A DNA stretch of 64,000 bases, from contig OMYJ01000003.1 in the NCBI GenBank assembly GCA_900315245.1, forward strand, positions 32,121 to 96,120, given 5' to 3'. Of this stretch, positions 17,890-25,843 are shown piece after piece. Source of the stretch: an uncultured Bacteroidales bacterium (GTDB lineage: Bacteria; Bacteroidota; Bacteroidia; Bacteroidales; WCHB1-69). The position numbers were made by a program, and so were the translations under genes. Below the pieces are notes generated by a model. The model was not told where the DNA came from and made no database searches. It saw only the letters and a list, made by a program, of their open reading frames with translations. Each line of letters opens with the position of its first letter. Position 1 is the stretch's first letter.

Positions 17890-18216
17890 TCATCCTCCCA
17901 TGCCTCCGATAATCGGTGCCATCCACGTCATCGGGTTTAGCTTGTGCTCTTCTCGGTATTCGCGACACGCCTCCTCCCTTGCATCTTCGAACGCGTTCCA
18001 GATTTCCTCCATATTTTCTTCGGTTATCCTGTATACGTTTTCCTCCAGTTCGATTATGTCTTTGTCATCGAAATACACGTCAAAGCTGACCATCTCATGC
18101 CAAGTAATGGTTAATCCGCTGTACTCGATAGAATCTTTAATGTTATCGTAGATTTGATTTTTCAAATCCTCTCTTTGTTGTGCGTTTAAATGACCGTCTA
18201 TGATTTGTTTCTCCAT
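17890..18216 (-). CDS. Small acidic hypothetical protein, paralogue C (divergent)
   Basis: MEKQIIDGHLNAQQREDLKNQIYDNIK...ITWHEMVSFDVYFDD... ends in KLNPMTWMAPIIGGMGG. Confidence 0.55.
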   Translation of the reverse strand: MEKQIIDGHLNAQQREDLKNQIYDNIKDSIEYSGLTITWHEMVSFDVYFDDKDIIELEENVYRITEENMEEIWNAFEDAREEACREYREEHKLNPMTWMAPIIGGMGG

Positions 18217-18233
18217 TACACGAGTTTTTTTGT

Positions 18234-18266
18234 TTTAACGTACTCGAAATATCAGGTCATAAAAAC
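18234..18266 (+). repeat. 33-nt direct repeat (copy 2)
   Basis: Identical to 16789-16821. Confidence 0.9.
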
Positions 18267-18395
18267 CTATAGAATGGTACGTTTTGTGAATCATATTATT
18301 ACAACGATTTTTGTCTAAAAAAATTGTGCAACTTCGCATTTTTTGAACTTCTCAATTAACGGCACAAAACTACAAAAAAAGCCGTCACAATCTGC

Positions 18396-18550
18396 AACAG
18401 CTTTCAAAAACTGATCAAACATCCGAAAATGCGATTTTGGGTTATGGTGTCACTTGGTAGTCAAAGTTGGTGGACAGTCCGATGAGGGAGTCCATCACCG
18501 AAGCGATGAAACCGAGCAGTTTGGACTTGAAGCCGGGGCGTTTGTCTGCT
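18396..18550 (-). repeat. Second copy of the IS-end-like repeat, with the ORF tail ..KRPGFKSKLLGFIASVMDSLIGLSTNFDYQVTP*
   Basis: Reverse-complement homology to 3108-3218. Confidence 0.4.
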
Positions 18551-18811
18551 ATATGATGCGGTACTTTTTGCCCTCCTTGTTTATGTCCTATGATTTTTCG
18601 TTATGTTAAAGCGGTTGTCCGAATCTGTTACGGTCGCGAAGGTTGGCGGGCCGTTAGGTCTGCGGGCATAAATCGAATCCCACGCCGTTTTCCATAATCC
18701 CCGCACACCTACGGCGTGCGGAAAAACCAAAACGCCGCCCCCATCCCTACCGAGCCCTTCAGCCCTAACGGGCTGTGTCGTGTATGAATAGTCTTCCGTT
18801 GATACGGTCGC

Positions 18812-19201
18812 GAATGTTAACACGAAGGCTAACCAACAGCGCAGCTAACCAACACGAAGTAATTAACAGCCGCAGGCTCACCAACAGCGAAGCTCACCAA
18901 CAGCCGTAGGCGCATCAACAGCGAAGCTAACCAACAGCCGAAGGCTAACCAACAGCGAAGCTTACCAACACGAAGTAATTAACAGCCGCAGGCTTACCAA
19001 CAGCGAAGCTAACTAACAGCCGAAGGCTAATCAACAGCCGAAGGCTAACCAACAGCGAAGCTAACTAACAGCCGAAGGCTCACCAACAGCCGAAGGCTAA
19101 CCAACAGCGAAGCTAACTAACAGCCGAAGGCTAACCAACAGCGAAGCTAACCAACAGCCGAAGGCTAATCAACAGCCGAAGGCCTGTCAACACGAAGTAA
19201 A
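18812..19201. repeat. Right half of the split dyad array (16/18-nt units)
   Basis: gaatGTTAACacgaaggctaaccaacagc..., then alternating AACAGCCGAAGGCTNANY and AACAGCGAAGCTNANY, ending in caacacgaagtaa. It overlaps the last 12 codons of the CPBP ORF. Confidence 0.95.
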
Positions 19202-19962
19202 CAAACTCCTGCGACGGCTAACACCAAGCTTGCGACGACCACCTTCCAGTCCGGCTGGATGATGACCGGTGTTTTCGCCATCTGCATCTCTCCAAGCCCC
19301 ATCCAGCAGTAAACGGCGAGGAGCGTGGCGGTGAGGTTGCATCCGGCGTGGAGCGCCACGCTATACCAGATGTTTCGCGACCAGATATACACCATCCCGT
19401 AGAACAGGGCGCTGATGAAAGCCCCCGGAAAGTTGCGCACGTGGAGTATTCCGAACAGGAAGGCCATCACCACGCAGACGGCGATCTGTGCGCAGCGACG
19501 GCGGAAAGGGGAGATGGCCATCTGCCTGAAACACAGCTCTTCGAGAACCGGCGCAAGCAGCACGGCGTGTACGCTTGACAAAAGGTCTTCGCGCAGCTCT
19601 GCGGTCGTGTAGGTGAGTGGTTCCATCTTCACTGTATGGACCAAAGACGTGATGCCATAAACGATATACTCTTCCGCCACGAGCCACAGAGGCGCTATCA
19701 GCAACAGTCCTGCGATGATGGGGAATCGCGGCAGCTTCAGCGAAAATTGTCCGGCTTCGGGAAACACTTTCGGTTCGACACGGCACACGAGGAAGATCGT
19801 CAGGGCGATGCCCGCCAAGGTGAGCAGCCACGTCAGCAGTTCGCCCGTGAAACCCGGATTGTCGCCCGCGACCGGCATAGCCGTCACATAGATGATGGCT
19901 GTGCCGTATGCCGCCGCCAGTATCGGCATCAAGGGTCTTAGGAATTGGGTTGCTTTGTTCAT
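19165..19962 (-). CDS. CPBP-family intramembrane glutamic endopeptidase (CAAX protease/Abi)
   Basis: LAPVLEELCFRQ and FGILH motifs in a multi-pass membrane protein. Start chosen at MNKATQFLRPL (the ORF is open up to 20055). The C-terminus LLRVDRPSAVD* is encoded by the repeat array. Confidence 0.7.
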   Translation of the reverse strand: MNKATQFLRPLMPILAAAYGTAIIYVTAMPVAGDNPGFTGELLTWLLTLAGIALTIFLVCRVEPKVFPEAGQFSLKLPRFPIIAGLLLIAPLWLVAEEYIVYGITSLVHTVKMEPLTYTTAELREDLLSSVHAVLLAPVLEELCFRQMAISPFRRRCAQIAVCVVMAFLFGILHVRNFPGAFISALFYGMVYIWSRNIWYSVALHAGCNLTATLLAVYCWMGLGEMQMAKTPVIIQPDWKVVVASLVLAVAGVCLLRVDRPSAVD

Positions 19963-20044
19963 ATCGTTAAAATCAACAGTTTCTTGCTTTGACAATTGTG
20001 TTCGGGCTTCTTGAATATGTGGAACTCTTGATTTGCGCGTGACC

Positions 20045-20851
20045 TCATACCTCAATCATTGCGGAAAAGTCAAACCCATTAGTCAGATGTTCCCCGTGGG
20101 AGACGTACCCCAACTGATTAGACACGATACAAGTTCTACCAATTTGAGCCTTTATGTTGCGGTGCGAGTGGCCGTATATCCAGAAGTCAATGCCACTGTC
20201 GGCAATAAAGTCGCCAAGTTCCACGGTGAATGCACCGTTAATCGTGCTATTCCGGAATTCCTCGGCGGTGCACAGCTGCGTGGGCACGTGATGAGTGAGC
20301 ACAATTTTTGTTTTTGCAGTGCTTTCCGTAACCGCTCGTTTGATGAATGCAAGACAACGCTCGTGCTCACGGTTGAAGTCGTCGGCGGTCAGCCGGTGAT
20401 TGCCGTAAATAATACGGTAAAAATCGCTGACATTGCGTTCCGTCAGGAAAGCATTATGCGGCTCAATCTTCGACCACAAAGCCGATACTATGATATCGAC
20501 TTCTCCGATATGCACAATACCATTGTAGTAGGCGTGCACGTTGTGACGGATCTCTTTGCAGTATCCTTCCGGTATGGAAGAGAGGTCGTAATATCCGTAA
20601 AATTCGTGGTTACCCAAACAGACAATCACCTGTTTGTAATGGTTGCTTGCCCAATCCCAAAATTCGTATTGGGAATAGGTGTCGTGTTTGGAGTCCGGCA
20701 AATCAAGGTAAGCCGTGTCGCCGGCAACAAGCAGTATGTCGCCCGTCACTTCCAATGGATGTTCGGCAATCCATTGTCGGTTTTGCGGAAACTCCAAATG
20801 CAGGTCGCTGACATATTGGATGCGCAGACATTGTGGAGTATAAGATGCCAT
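20045..20851 (-). CDS. Metallophosphoesterase
   Basis: IQYVSDLHLEF..VTGDILLVAGD..GNHEFY..THH..GHSH. The ORF stays open upstream to 21067; that extension (..LVYVGGAMAGVYATDPAA..) looks like the N-terminus of a different protein. Confidence 0.7.
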   Translation of the reverse strand: MASYTPQCLRIQYVSDLHLEFPQNRQWIAEHPLEVTGDILLVAGDTAYLDLPDSKHDTYSQYEFWDWASNHYKQVIVCLGNHEFYGYYDLSSIPEGYCKEIRHNVHAYYNGIVHIGEVDIIVSALWSKIEPHNAFLTERNVSDFYRIIYGNHRLTADDFNREHERCLAFIKRAVTESTAKTKIVLTHHVPTQLCTAEEFRNSTINGAFTVELGDFIADSGIDFWIYGHSHRNIKAQIGRTCIVSNQLGYVSHGEHLTNGFDFSAMIEV

Positions 20852-21050
20852 CTGATGCATGGTTTCAAGGAGCATATCCACGCGTTCGATCTCATCTGAC
20901 GGCAATGCGCACTCCAACTCCTCAGGGAAATTGGAGCGTTGCAACGTGGCGGCTGGATCCGTGGCATATACGCCGGCCATTGCCCCGCCGACATACACAA
21001 GCCGCTCGTTAAGGTCTTGCATACCCTCCGCCACCTCTTGCAGACGTTCG

Positions 21051-21581
21051 TTATTGGTTTTCGACATAGCGGTTGATATGTTTGGTGAGTTCTTCAATGG
21101 CGATCTCCCTCTCCCGGGCGCGGCCGAGGCGGAGCGTGTCGGCAATCACCAACAATTGGTAAAGCTCATCATCTTGCAAAACGGCGCCTGGAACAGAAGG
21201 ATATAAGGGCTCTATTTGTTGTCCTCTGGCATTTCCTTTCGTATAATGCCATACATAGCTCTCACTGCTGTTTGAGATTTGCTCCTTCAGGGGTGAGGCG
21301 CTGATGTAGGCCGGCACGCCGCGTACAACTCGTCCGGTGACGGCGGGAAAGACATACTGCAAGCCGTGAATCAGAAACTCCTGCAAAGCCATTGTGTTGA
21401 CACGCTTTTTATTGCGGTCTATCAGTTGAACATTCCGGCAACGCTCCAAACTCTCGCTCACACTGGATGAGCTCATCCCTAACGATTCCGCCAGCTTCCG
21501 GCACGACAAATGCTGTCCTGACGGTGTCATTTTCTTTAACAATATTACAATATCTTGCGGCTTCATCATATTATATATCAA
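21051..21581 (-). CDS. wHTH protein, putative transcriptional regulator / antitoxin-like
   Basis: LSCRKLAESLGMSSSSVSESLERCRNVQLI is a helix-turn-helix. I recognise no precise family. Confidence 0.45.
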   Translation of the reverse strand: MIYNMMKPQDIVILLKKMTPSGQHLSCRKLAESLGMSSSSVSESLERCRNVQLIDRNKKRVNTMALQEFLIHGLQYVFPAVTGRVVRGVPAYISASPLKEQISNSSESYVWHYTKGNARGQQIEPLYPSVPGAVLQDDELYQLLVIADTLRLGRAREREIAIEELTKHINRYVENQ

Positions 21582-21657
21582 TCATTTACAATTAACTGTT
21601 CGCCGTTCGCGATTTTCGAACGCATTCACCGCGCAAAAATACAAAAAAAGCAAAGCC

Positions 21658-22776
21658 TTACAGATTCTTGCTAAAAAACTCCGCCACCGTGTCCCACGGG
21701 ATGTAGTTGCCCTCGCCGCCGTCGTAGAGGTCGCAGTGGGTGGCGCCGGGGATGATGAGCAGCTGCTTGTTGTCAGGGTTGGGATTCGGCTTGCCGATGA
21801 AGTTGTAACCTTCGGCCTTGCCATCCACCATATAGTGGTAGGCCGCCTCGCCGAAGTAGCGGCTGTGGGCCTTCTCGCCGTGCATCACGAGGACGGCGGA
21901 ACGGATCTCGTTGATGTAGTAGAGGAAGCGGGCGTTGGCGTATGCCTGCGTGCCGATGACGCGCCAGCCATCGTTGCTGTTGCCACTGCGCTTGTGGTAG
22001 CCGCGCGGGGTCTTGTAGTAGGCGTGGTAGTCTTTCACGAACTGCGGAACCTCATCGGGCAGCGGGTCGATGACGCCGCCGGCCATCGCCAGCGGGTCGG
22101 CGAGACGCTGCTTGCCCATTGCCTCACGTGCAGCATGGCGTGACTCCTCTTTGTCGTCGCTGTCGTAGTAGCCGTTGCCGCTGACGCGGGTCATGTCGTA
22201 CATCGTGCTGGCCACGGTGGCCTTGATGCGCGGGTCGGCAGCGGCGGCATTCAGGGCGATGCCACCCCAACCGCAGATGCCGATGATGCCGATGCGCTCA
22301 GGGTCCACATTCTCTAACTGCGACAGGAAATCAACAGCGGCCATAAAGTCCTCCGTGTTGATGTCGGGCGAGGCCGTGCGACGGGGCTCGCCGCTGCTCT
22401 CACCGGTGTACGACGGGTCAAAAGCCAGTGCCACGAAGCCGCGTTCCGCCATCTTCATAGCGTAGAGGCCACTGCTTTGCTCCTTCACGGCGCCGAAAGG
22501 TCCGCTCACAGCGATGGCGGGGAGACCCCTCCCCCCGCCATCCCCAAAGGGGAGGGAGCCTTTTGGCTCATACAAATCTGCGGCCAAGGTCAGGCCGTAC
22601 TGTGTTTCAAACGTCACCTTGCGGTGGTTCACTTTGTCGCTGAGGGGGAACACCTTGTCCCACTCCTGCGTGAGGTTCAATTCCTGTTTCATATTCTCGT
22701 TGTTATTTGTTTCTTGCTTGTTGCCGCAGGCGGCCAGTGACAGTGCCGCGAGGGCGAAGAGGATGAGTTTTTTCAT
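21658..22776 (-). CDS. Alpha/beta hydrolase lipoprotein
   Basis: Lipobox MKKLILFALAALSLAACGN. It has a nucleophile-elbow context IGIIGICGWGG and a C-terminal GATHCDLYD. Confidence 0.8.
   Translation of the reverse strand: MKKLILFALAALSLAACGNKQETNNNENMKQELNLTQEWDKVFPLSDKVNHRKVTFETQYGLTLAADLYEPKGSLPFGDGGGRGLPAIAVSGPFGAVKEQSSGLYAMKMAERGFVALAFDPSYTGESSGEPRRTASPDINTEDFMAAVDFLSQLENVDPERIGIIGICGWGGIALNAAAADPRIKATVASTMYDMTRVSGNGYYDSDDKEESRHAAREAMGKQRLADPLAMAGGVIDPLPDEVPQFVKDYHAYYKTPRGYHKRSGNSNDGWRVIGTQAYANARFLYYINEIRSAVLVMHGEKAHSRYFGEAAYHYMVDGKAEGYNFIGKPNPNPDNKQLLIIPGATHCDLYDGGEGNYIPWDTVAEFFSKNL
22519..22560. repeat. In-frame G/C-rich palindromic element inside the hydrolase CDS (encodes GSLPFGDGGGRGLP)
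   Basis: ggggagacccctccccccgccatccccaaaggggagggagcc. Its reverse complement aligns with the element at 299-338. Confidence 0.6.
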
Positions 22777-22790
22777 ATCGGTTATTATAC

Positions 22791-23225
22791 GTTAGTTATT
22801 TCATGTTGGTTACTTCGTGTTGGTTATTTCATGTTGGTTACTTCGTGTTAGTTATTTCATGTTGGTTATTTCATGTTAACACGAAGTAATTAACAGCCGA
22901 AGGCTTACCAACAGCGAAGCTAATTAACAGCCGAAGGCTTACCAACAGCGAAGCTAATTAACAGCCGAAGGCTTACCAACAGCGAAGCTAATTAACAGCC
23001 GAAGGCTAACTAACAGCGAAGCTCATCAACAGCCGAAGGCTAACTAACAGCGAAGCTAATTAACAGCCGAAGGCTCACCAACAGCGAAGCTAACCAACAG
23101 CCGAAGGCTAATCAACAGCGAAGCTAACTAACAGCCGAAGGCTAACTATCAGCCGAAGGCTTACCAACAGCGAAGCTAATTAACAGCCGAAGGCTTACCA
23201 ACAGCGAAGCTCATCAACACGAAGT
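22791..23225. repeat. Complete dyad tandem-repeat array (centre GTTAAC at 22875-22880)
   Basis: The left arm starts 14 nt from the ATG at 22776. The right arm ends ..gctcatcaacacgaagt and supplies TSC* of the CDS ending at 23214. Confidence 0.95.
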
Positions 23226-23759
23226 GATCTCTCGTATCACTTTCGCCGGACTCCCCGCCACCACCATATTGTCGGGCACGTCCTTGTTGACCACGCTGCC
23301 AGCCGCCACGATAGCGTTCTCGCCGATGGTGACGCCTGCCAGCACTTTCACGTCGGCGCCGAGCCATGCGTTGCGTTTCACCACGATGGGTTTGGTGAGC
23401 AGCGTGTGACGCGCGGCGGGGTCTTCGGGATGGTATTCGGTGGCTAACACGCAATGCGGACCGATGAAGACGTCATCCTCGATGGTGATGCCGCCTATGG
23501 CCAACAGCGTGCAACCGAAGTTGAGGAAGCAGTCGTTGCCGAAGCGCACGCCCGGTCCGTAGTTGATGTTGAGCGGCGTAAACACTCGCACGGTGTCGGG
23601 CACCTCGCTGCGGGTGATCTCGCGCAGATAGTCGCGCACCTCCGCTTCGGTGTGGTAGCCGCTGTTCATCTCGGCGCAGAGCTGCATCGTGCGCTGCACG
23701 TCGGCGTAGAGGTCGTCGCTGCCGACGTAGTCTTTTCCTGTGGGTTTGTCGTTCGTCAT
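23214..23759 (-). CDS. Maltose/galactoside-type sugar O-acetyltransferase (hexapeptide repeat)
   Basis: Start trimmed to MTNDKPTG (ATG 23759). LNINYGPGVRFGNDCFLNFGCTLL..EDPAARHTLLTKPIVVKRNAWLGADVKVLAGVTIGENAIVAAGSVV..VVAGSPAKVIR. Confidence 0.8.
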   Translation of the reverse strand: MTNDKPTGKDYVGSDDLYADVQRTMQLCAEMNSGYHTEAEVRDYLREITRSEVPDTVRVFTPLNINYGPGVRFGNDCFLNFGCTLLAIGGITIEDDVFIGPHCVLATEYHPEDPAARHTLLTKPIVVKRNAWLGADVKVLAGVTIGENAIVAAGSVVNKDVPDNMVVAGSPAKVIREITSC

Positions 23760-23760
23760 T

Positions 23761-24378
23761 TTACCGGATGAAATTCGTGAATACCGCTTCTTCCGCCTCG
23801 GGCAGACCGTTGCGCTCCTTCTCCGCGGCGATGGCCTTGACGAGGAAGGCGATGTTGCGGCCGAGGATGCGCATGCACTGCACGCCCTCCGCATCCTGCA
23901 TGACGTCTTCGGCACAGTGACCGTGTACCATGTTCCAGTAGCGGGTGCTGGCGATGGGCATCTCGCTGATGGTGAAGTACTTGTTCAGCTGGTCGAAAGT
24001 GGCGGTGGTGCCGGCGCGTCGGGCCGAGCAGACCGCGGCGCCCACCTTCATGCACTTCCGGAAGTGCGTGCTGAAGAAGAGGCGGTCGAGGAAGGATTTC
24101 ATCGTGCCGGCAATGCCCGCGTAATAGACCGGCGAGCCGATGACCAGTGCGTCGGCTTGCTCGAATTTCGGGGCGACTTCGTTCACGATGTCATCGAAGA
24201 CGCATTTGCCTGTTTCGTAGCATTTCCCGCAGCTGATGCAGCCGTGGATGTTTTTGTGTCCCACGTGGACGATTTCGGCTTCAACGCCGTTTTTCTGTAA
24301 TTCTTCCGCCACAAGGCTCAGGGCGGTGAAGGTGCAGCCCTTCGCGTTGGGACTGCCATTGATAAGAAGTGCTTTCAT
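23761..24378 (-). CDS. Flavodoxin-family NAD(P)H-dependent oxidoreductase (iron-sulfur flavoprotein type)
   Basis: MKALLINGSPNAKGCT..HGCISCGKCYETGKCVFDD..ALVIGSPVYYAGIAGTMKSFLDR. Confidence 0.8.
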   Translation of the reverse strand: MKALLINGSPNAKGCTFTALSLVAEELQKNGVEAEIVHVGHKNIHGCISCGKCYETGKCVFDDIVNEVAPKFEQADALVIGSPVYYAGIAGTMKSFLDRLFFSTHFRKCMKVGAAVCSARRAGTTATFDQLNKYFTISEMPIASTRYWNMVHGHCAEDVMQDAEGVQCMRILGRNIAFLVKAIAAEKERNGLPEAEEAVFTNFIR

Positions 24379-24385
24379 ATCTTTT

Positions 24386-24697
24386 AAGTGAATGTTTATT
24401 ACTTCGTGTTGATTACTTCGTGTTGGTTACTTCGTGTTGGTTATTTCATGTTGATTATTTCATGTTGGTTATTTCATGTTGGTTATTTCATGTTGGTTAT
24501 TTCATGTTAACACGAAGTAATTAACAGCGAAGCTAATTAACAGCCGAAGGCTAATCAACAGCGAAGCTAACTAACAGCCGAAGGCTAATCAACAGCGAAG
24601 CTAACTAACAGCCGAAGGCTAATCAACAGCGAAGCTAACTAACAGCCGAAGGCTAACCAACAGCGAAGCTAACTAACAGCCGAAGGCTAACTAACTA
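24386..24697. repeat. Complete dyad array (centre GTTAAC at 24506-24511)
   Basis: The boundary aagtgaatgtt lies 8 nt from the ATG at 24378. The right arm runs into the TAG stop (24695-24697) of the next gene. Confidence 0.95.
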
Positions 24698-25825
24698 TTT
24701 TAGTGTTCCATATTGTTCGTCGCTGACGGGCTCCAGCCATTCGTTGCTGGCCCCTTCCTGCACGTCCTTATGGTAGGTGAGGTGCTGCATCCAGCTGTCT
24801 TTGGCGGCGCCGTGCCAGTGCTTCACACCCTCGGGAATCTCAATGATTACGCCAGGCTCCAACTTGACAGCGGGCTTGCCCCATTCCTGGTACCAACCAC
24901 GGCCATAGACGCACACCAACACCTGCACCTGCTTGTGGTGGATGTGCCAGTTGTTGCGGCATCCCGGCTCGAAGGTCACGTTGACCATGCCGCCATCGTA
25001 GGGCGCAAGGTAGCTGTTGCCGATGAAGTACTGTGCGTAGGCGGTGTTCGGCTCGCCTCTGCGCCAGTTCGACTTCAAGTCAACGTAGTTCTGGACGTAT
25101 ATATCGCTGGCGAGGTGGTCGTTGGCAGAATCGCTGATGCCCAACTGCTGAATGGCCACGGCGACACGGTGCGCTTCCATTTTGCCCACACGCTCCTGCA
25201 ACACCTTCGGGATGGCGAGCAGCTGGGCGTCGGTCAGACCCATGTTCCGTGCGCCGCGCACGTGGGCGGCCAGCTGGGGTTCCACGCCCTCCAGACCAGC
25301 CAAAGCACTGACGGTCACCAACTCGCGGTCGGCGTGGGTGAGCAGGTCGCGGGCGAAGATGTCGCCGAAGAGGTGCGCCTTGAGGTAGTAGTCCTCGGCG
25401 GGACAGAACTTGTAGTCGAAGGGTTGCCCCGACAGTTTGGTCTGCACTTCGGTGCCTTGTTTCAGGGCGTCGTAGCTGCCGGGAATCGGAGAGGACTCCT
25501 CCCCTGTCGTCACCTCACCGCGCTGTTCCATCACCTTCTGCAGGGTGCCTAATGCGTTGAGCGAGCGCGGAAATCCCGTGTAGGCGTAGAGTTGCGAGAG
25601 GGCCTCCTTGATCTGGTTGGCGGTAAGCCCCGCGTCGAAGCCCTCATGGATGGCGGTGGCTAACGACGTTTGGTCGCCCTGCGCCTCGTAGCAGGCGATG
25701 GCCGTCATCGCCGCCGCCTGCTTCTCGTTGAATGTCAAAGTGTTCATATCTTTGTCTGTTTTTGTTGTCTTGTTGCAGCCGGCCATCAACACGATGGCGG
25801 CGAAAATCAGAAGGGTGTGTTTCAT
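24695..25825 (-). CDS. Carboxymuconolactone decarboxylase (AhpD-like) family protein fused to a cupin domain; lipoprotein
   Basis: Lipobox LIFAAIVLMAGCN. Two CMD-like segments are followed by NNWHIHHKQVQVLVCVYGRGWYQEWG..IPEGVKHWHGA. Confidence 0.7.
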   Translation of the reverse strand: MKHTLLIFAAIVLMAGCNKTTKTDKDMNTLTFNEKQAAAMTAIACYEAQGDQTSLATAIHEGFDAGLTANQIKEALSQLYAYTGFPRSLNALGTLQKVMEQRGEVTTGEESSPIPGSYDALKQGTEVQTKLSGQPFDYKFCPAEDYYLKAHLFGDIFARDLLTHADRELVTVSALAGLEGVEPQLAAHVRGARNMGLTDAQLLAIPKVLQERVGKMEAHRVAVAIQQLGISDSANDHLASDIYVQNYVDLKSNWRRGEPNTAYAQYFIGNSYLAPYDGGMVNVTFEPGCRNNWHIHHKQVQVLVCVYGRGWYQEWGKPAVKLEPGVIIEIPEGVKHWHGAAKDSWMQHLTYHKDVQEGASNEWLEPVSDEQYGTLK

Positions 25826-25843
25826 AATATTTTGAATTGTTTG

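Larger units (their letters stand above)
16582..18811. mobile_element. 2.2-kb segment inserted at the centre of an array, flanked by a 12-bp direct duplication GAATGTTAACAC (16570-16581 and 18812-18823)
   Basis: The left junction matches an intact array centre up to GTTAACAC. The right junction resumes at GAATGTTAACACGAAG. The cargo is four small ORFs, an outward promoter box, a short ORF tail and an IS-end-like repeat. No recombinase is present. Confidence 0.6.

Noticed and set aside
18581-18823. 80-aa ORF and a possible tRNA/tmRNA-like T-arm (gtgggattcgat)
   Set aside because: The ORF is low-complexity and spans hairpin repeats. The T-arm-like word lacks a matching acceptor or anticodon structure, so I could not build a cloverleaf. 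I kept it only as a possible structured region in the findings.
22791-23225. Treating the arrays as bona fide integron attC sites
   Set aside because: There is no intI-like integrase or attI in the window. The units do not fit the RYYYAAC/GTTRRRY core-site consensus, and the lengths (0.15-0.7 kb) far exceed attC sizes. I retained this only as an analogy.
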